Positions 61,301 through 64,000 of a stretch of DNA of 64,000 nucleotides are shown here, in pieces (within the stretch, counting starts at the first letter, position 1; each line of letters starts with the position of its first letter). Position numbers and translations under genes: made by a program. The DNA is from Octopus sinensis. Lineage: Eukaryota. The notes under the pieces were generated by a model that had not been told where the DNA came from, made no database searches, and worked only from the letters and a program-made list of their open reading frames with translations. The DNA is taken from contig NC_043016.1 in the NCBI RefSeq assembly GCF_006345805.1, positions 21,452,001-21,516,000 of the forward strand, in the 5' to 3' direction.

Positions 61301-63790
61301 TTCCCAGAATAGATTTGAGAAACATTGCCATGATCTTTGAAGCTGAATTCAGGCCCAAACCCAGCCTAGTCAAACAGTATGTCTGGCCCTTATATCTTAC
61401 CAGCTGATACTTCCATAGTTTCTCAGCCACATGTAGCTGTAGATATACCAACTTCAAGTTGACAATTGTGGAAGGCTCTCGTTATCTGTCTCCATTTTCA
61501 CAATGTTTCTCCCCAGACATTAGTAACATTGCTGCCTGTATGAAACAGTACAAAATCGTTCAGCTCTCACAAGTCTGGTACCGATCCAACTTTGTTTTTC
61601 ATTGGCTGCACCACTGCCATTAGCAGCAACACTCCACTCTGTACCTCCTCCTTCCACCTCTCCCTCAAACTTGCTCCTGGCATCTCATTTCAGGGTAAAC
61701 TTATAACAGCTCACCTTATTTCTCAATGTTGGGGACTCTCTTTTACAATACCTTTCAATTGTCCAGTGATGGCTGTTGAATACAGTCTGAAAATCCTTGT
61801 CTACTATGGTGTATGCAGCACATTTCTCTTCAGGGCTCTCCTAACTCACCTATTACAGACTCACAGCACACGATACCTCTGCAACACCAATTGTAACCTT
61901 ATCTTCACTACCTATGGCACCTCCTAGGTGGACAATCATATTCATGCCCACAACCACATCAACTTGATCCTCATGGTCAATCCACAATTGCTCACACCAC
62001 TTCACTGCTACCTCTACATCTAATTTCTCTGCCATCAACTGGTCTTACACTACACATTCTGTTCCACTATTTAACCTCTTTTGGGGTCACTAAGGTCATT
62101 GTGCCACTTGTGTCCATTAGGGCTTTTGACACCATCCCCACAACTGGGACATCCATTATATGAAGCAACTTTATAAGTACCTCTGTTTGCTTGCAGGGAT
62201 TGCTAGTGGCACAGCAGTTGCCTTTTGATCATTTTCCTGACTGCAGTTGCTGATAATATGTCCTGCCCACTTGCATCAGTAGTGAATTGGTTTGGGCTTT
62301 GGCTTCCTGCAGCCCCTTACTATGTGCAGGTTCTAACACTTAAAGCATAGGCCTATCTTCTCTTTGGATAGGAGAGCTGTGGGAACAAAGTGGGAAAGAG
62401 AGGATGGTGACTATGATGCAGTGGGTAAGAGTGGCAGACCCGGTAAATGGAAGCTAATATGTGCCCAAAGAGAAGAGTATCTTCTCTCCTAGTCATTCTT
62501 TGATCACCACCTGATGCCGTAGGCTTCCATAGCTGGTAGCACCATAACATTCTGCTTGGTGTTTCATATTGACACAAGCTTCAGTGATGAGTTCACTCAT
62601 AGGCATCATGTCATTGCCTAGCAACTGTTGCAGTCACACTGATATCTTGTTGGGGAAGCCATTCACAAATGCTAGCCACTCAGACTTTTCCAGGCCTTCC
62701 CCTGTAAACCCTAAGAGTGTGGTTAATCTCCGAATTTCTGCTGCATACATCTCGCCTTTCCAAGTTTGGCAAACACAGTGTGACCTTTCCACAAACATTC
62801 CCTGTAAGCACTGTTCCATCTTCTCCACATCCAGTTAGTCCACTTTTTCCATTTCAAGGTACAGTGCCAATGCATTTCTCTCCAAGTTCGGAGCCTTGAA
62901 ACCTGCCATTTCCTCAATGTCTTGCAACCTGGTCACCACCTTGATCATCTGAATCCAGGTGATAACATCTCTCATCACAGAAGGGTCTGATGGCATCATT
63001 ACTGATCTTCATTTTTGTTGACATATATTGTCCAGACAAGGGATAAAAAATGCACAAAGGCCAAGGAAGTTTGGGGTTGTGGGGGAAAAATGTAACTCAC
63101 TTACCTTGCAGATCCTCTTGTGATGTTGATCTTTTCCAGATGGGATATGTTTGTGAGTGCCCTATCTGCCTAACCTCCTACCAGAATCTAGTGGAAAATT
63201 TCCTGAACTCACACAGCAACCATATCCATCTTGAGTGACAGTCCCAAAGCAAAAGAGGCCTACACTAATTGTCTTTCTATTCACATGACCTCAATTGCTC
63301 TTGTCTTTCCAATAAGACCCCTTAGTTGTTTGTGTGATGTCACTGGCCCTTTACTTCTGGTGAGGTTTCCAGTCCTACAGCTCCAAAATAAGATTTAAAA
63401 GTGGATACTCTTTCCTAATAGATGCAAACATAAACTGCAATACAAAAAAAATTTTATATTGCATAACCTGTCCCACTTGCAAAGAAAATGTGGTCAGTCA
63501 GACTGAAAACATCCTTTATGAATGAGCAATAACTTAAACAACAGATTAAACAGGCAGATTTACAGAGGATCCCATGGCTGAATATCTAGAAATCTGTGAT
63601 AACAAATCTCAGGTTTTCTGTAAAAGCCTAAGGGATGATTCAAAACACTAGAAGGAAATGGAAAAACATTTTTCTAAAATTGAGTGTGTAAAATCTCTGT
63701 GGAAACACAGAAAATGTTATTACAAAAGAAGTTTTTGAGATAACCAAACCATCACCACATATTAATGATGCTGATGTTTTTGCTGTTACT
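58330..63790 (+). mobile_element. Penelope-like element (RT thumb - GIY-YIG) split by a Gypsy insertion
   Basis: LPLLDIHIK..KKTDTYQHF..CHPSHIK (58600-58720); NYLESGS | KIRFKSGYSF..NCNTKKILYCITCPTCKEN across the insertion. Confidence 0.85.
59183..63379 (-). mobile_element. Full-length degenerate Ty3/Gypsy LTR retrotransposon
   Basis: LTRs ~59183-59476 and 63078-63379 (TG...CA); TSD GATCC/GCTCC; order gag - protease - RT (YCLTRLGLGLNSA) - RNase H - integrase (CDRCQ, DVTHY, GNWIMERHH). Confidence 0.92.
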
Positions 63791-63844
63791 GAAACAAATA
63801 ACTAAAAAAAAAAGCTTTCAACAATCTCATGCATGCACACACCC

Positions 63845-64000
63845 CATGCTGGTGGCACGTAAAAAGCACCCACTACACTCTCTGAGTGGTTGGCGTTAGG
63901 AAGGGCATTCAGCTGTAGAAACTCTGCCAGATCAAGATTGGAGCTTGGTGCAGCCATCTGGTTCGCGAGCCCTCAGTCAAAATCGTCCAACCCATGCTAG
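63845..64000 (+). mobile_element. RTE LINE 3' end (runs off window)
   Basis: gcacgtaaaaagcacccactacactc...ccaacccatgctag. Confidence 0.8.

Overview
AT-rich eukaryotic genomic DNA. The SINE, RTE-LINE and microsatellite landscape looks like an octopus (coleoid cephalopod); this is inferred from recalled repeat families, not a database match. The only host gene I can support is the 3' part of NUP98-NUP96 (Nup96 moiety) on the + strand. It has 15 GT-AG exons from 1933 to the stop at 18286 that splice into one open frame of about 712 aa, and it starts upstream of the window. The remaining ~45 kb is a nested transposon graveyard. It includes a 9-kb head-to-tail composite Helitron (23723-32762) with a visible paralogous empty site, and many RTE-clade LINE pieces. 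It also holds a CR1 LINE, tRNA-derived SINEs, mariner, maT, hAT and piggyBac-type remnants and MITEs, Penelope-like elements (one with a hammerhead-ribozyme motif), a full-length degenerate Ty3/Gypsy element inside a Penelope ORF, and several long foldback palindromes. I found no prokaryotic-type system (CRISPR, defence island). The most interesting signals are structural.
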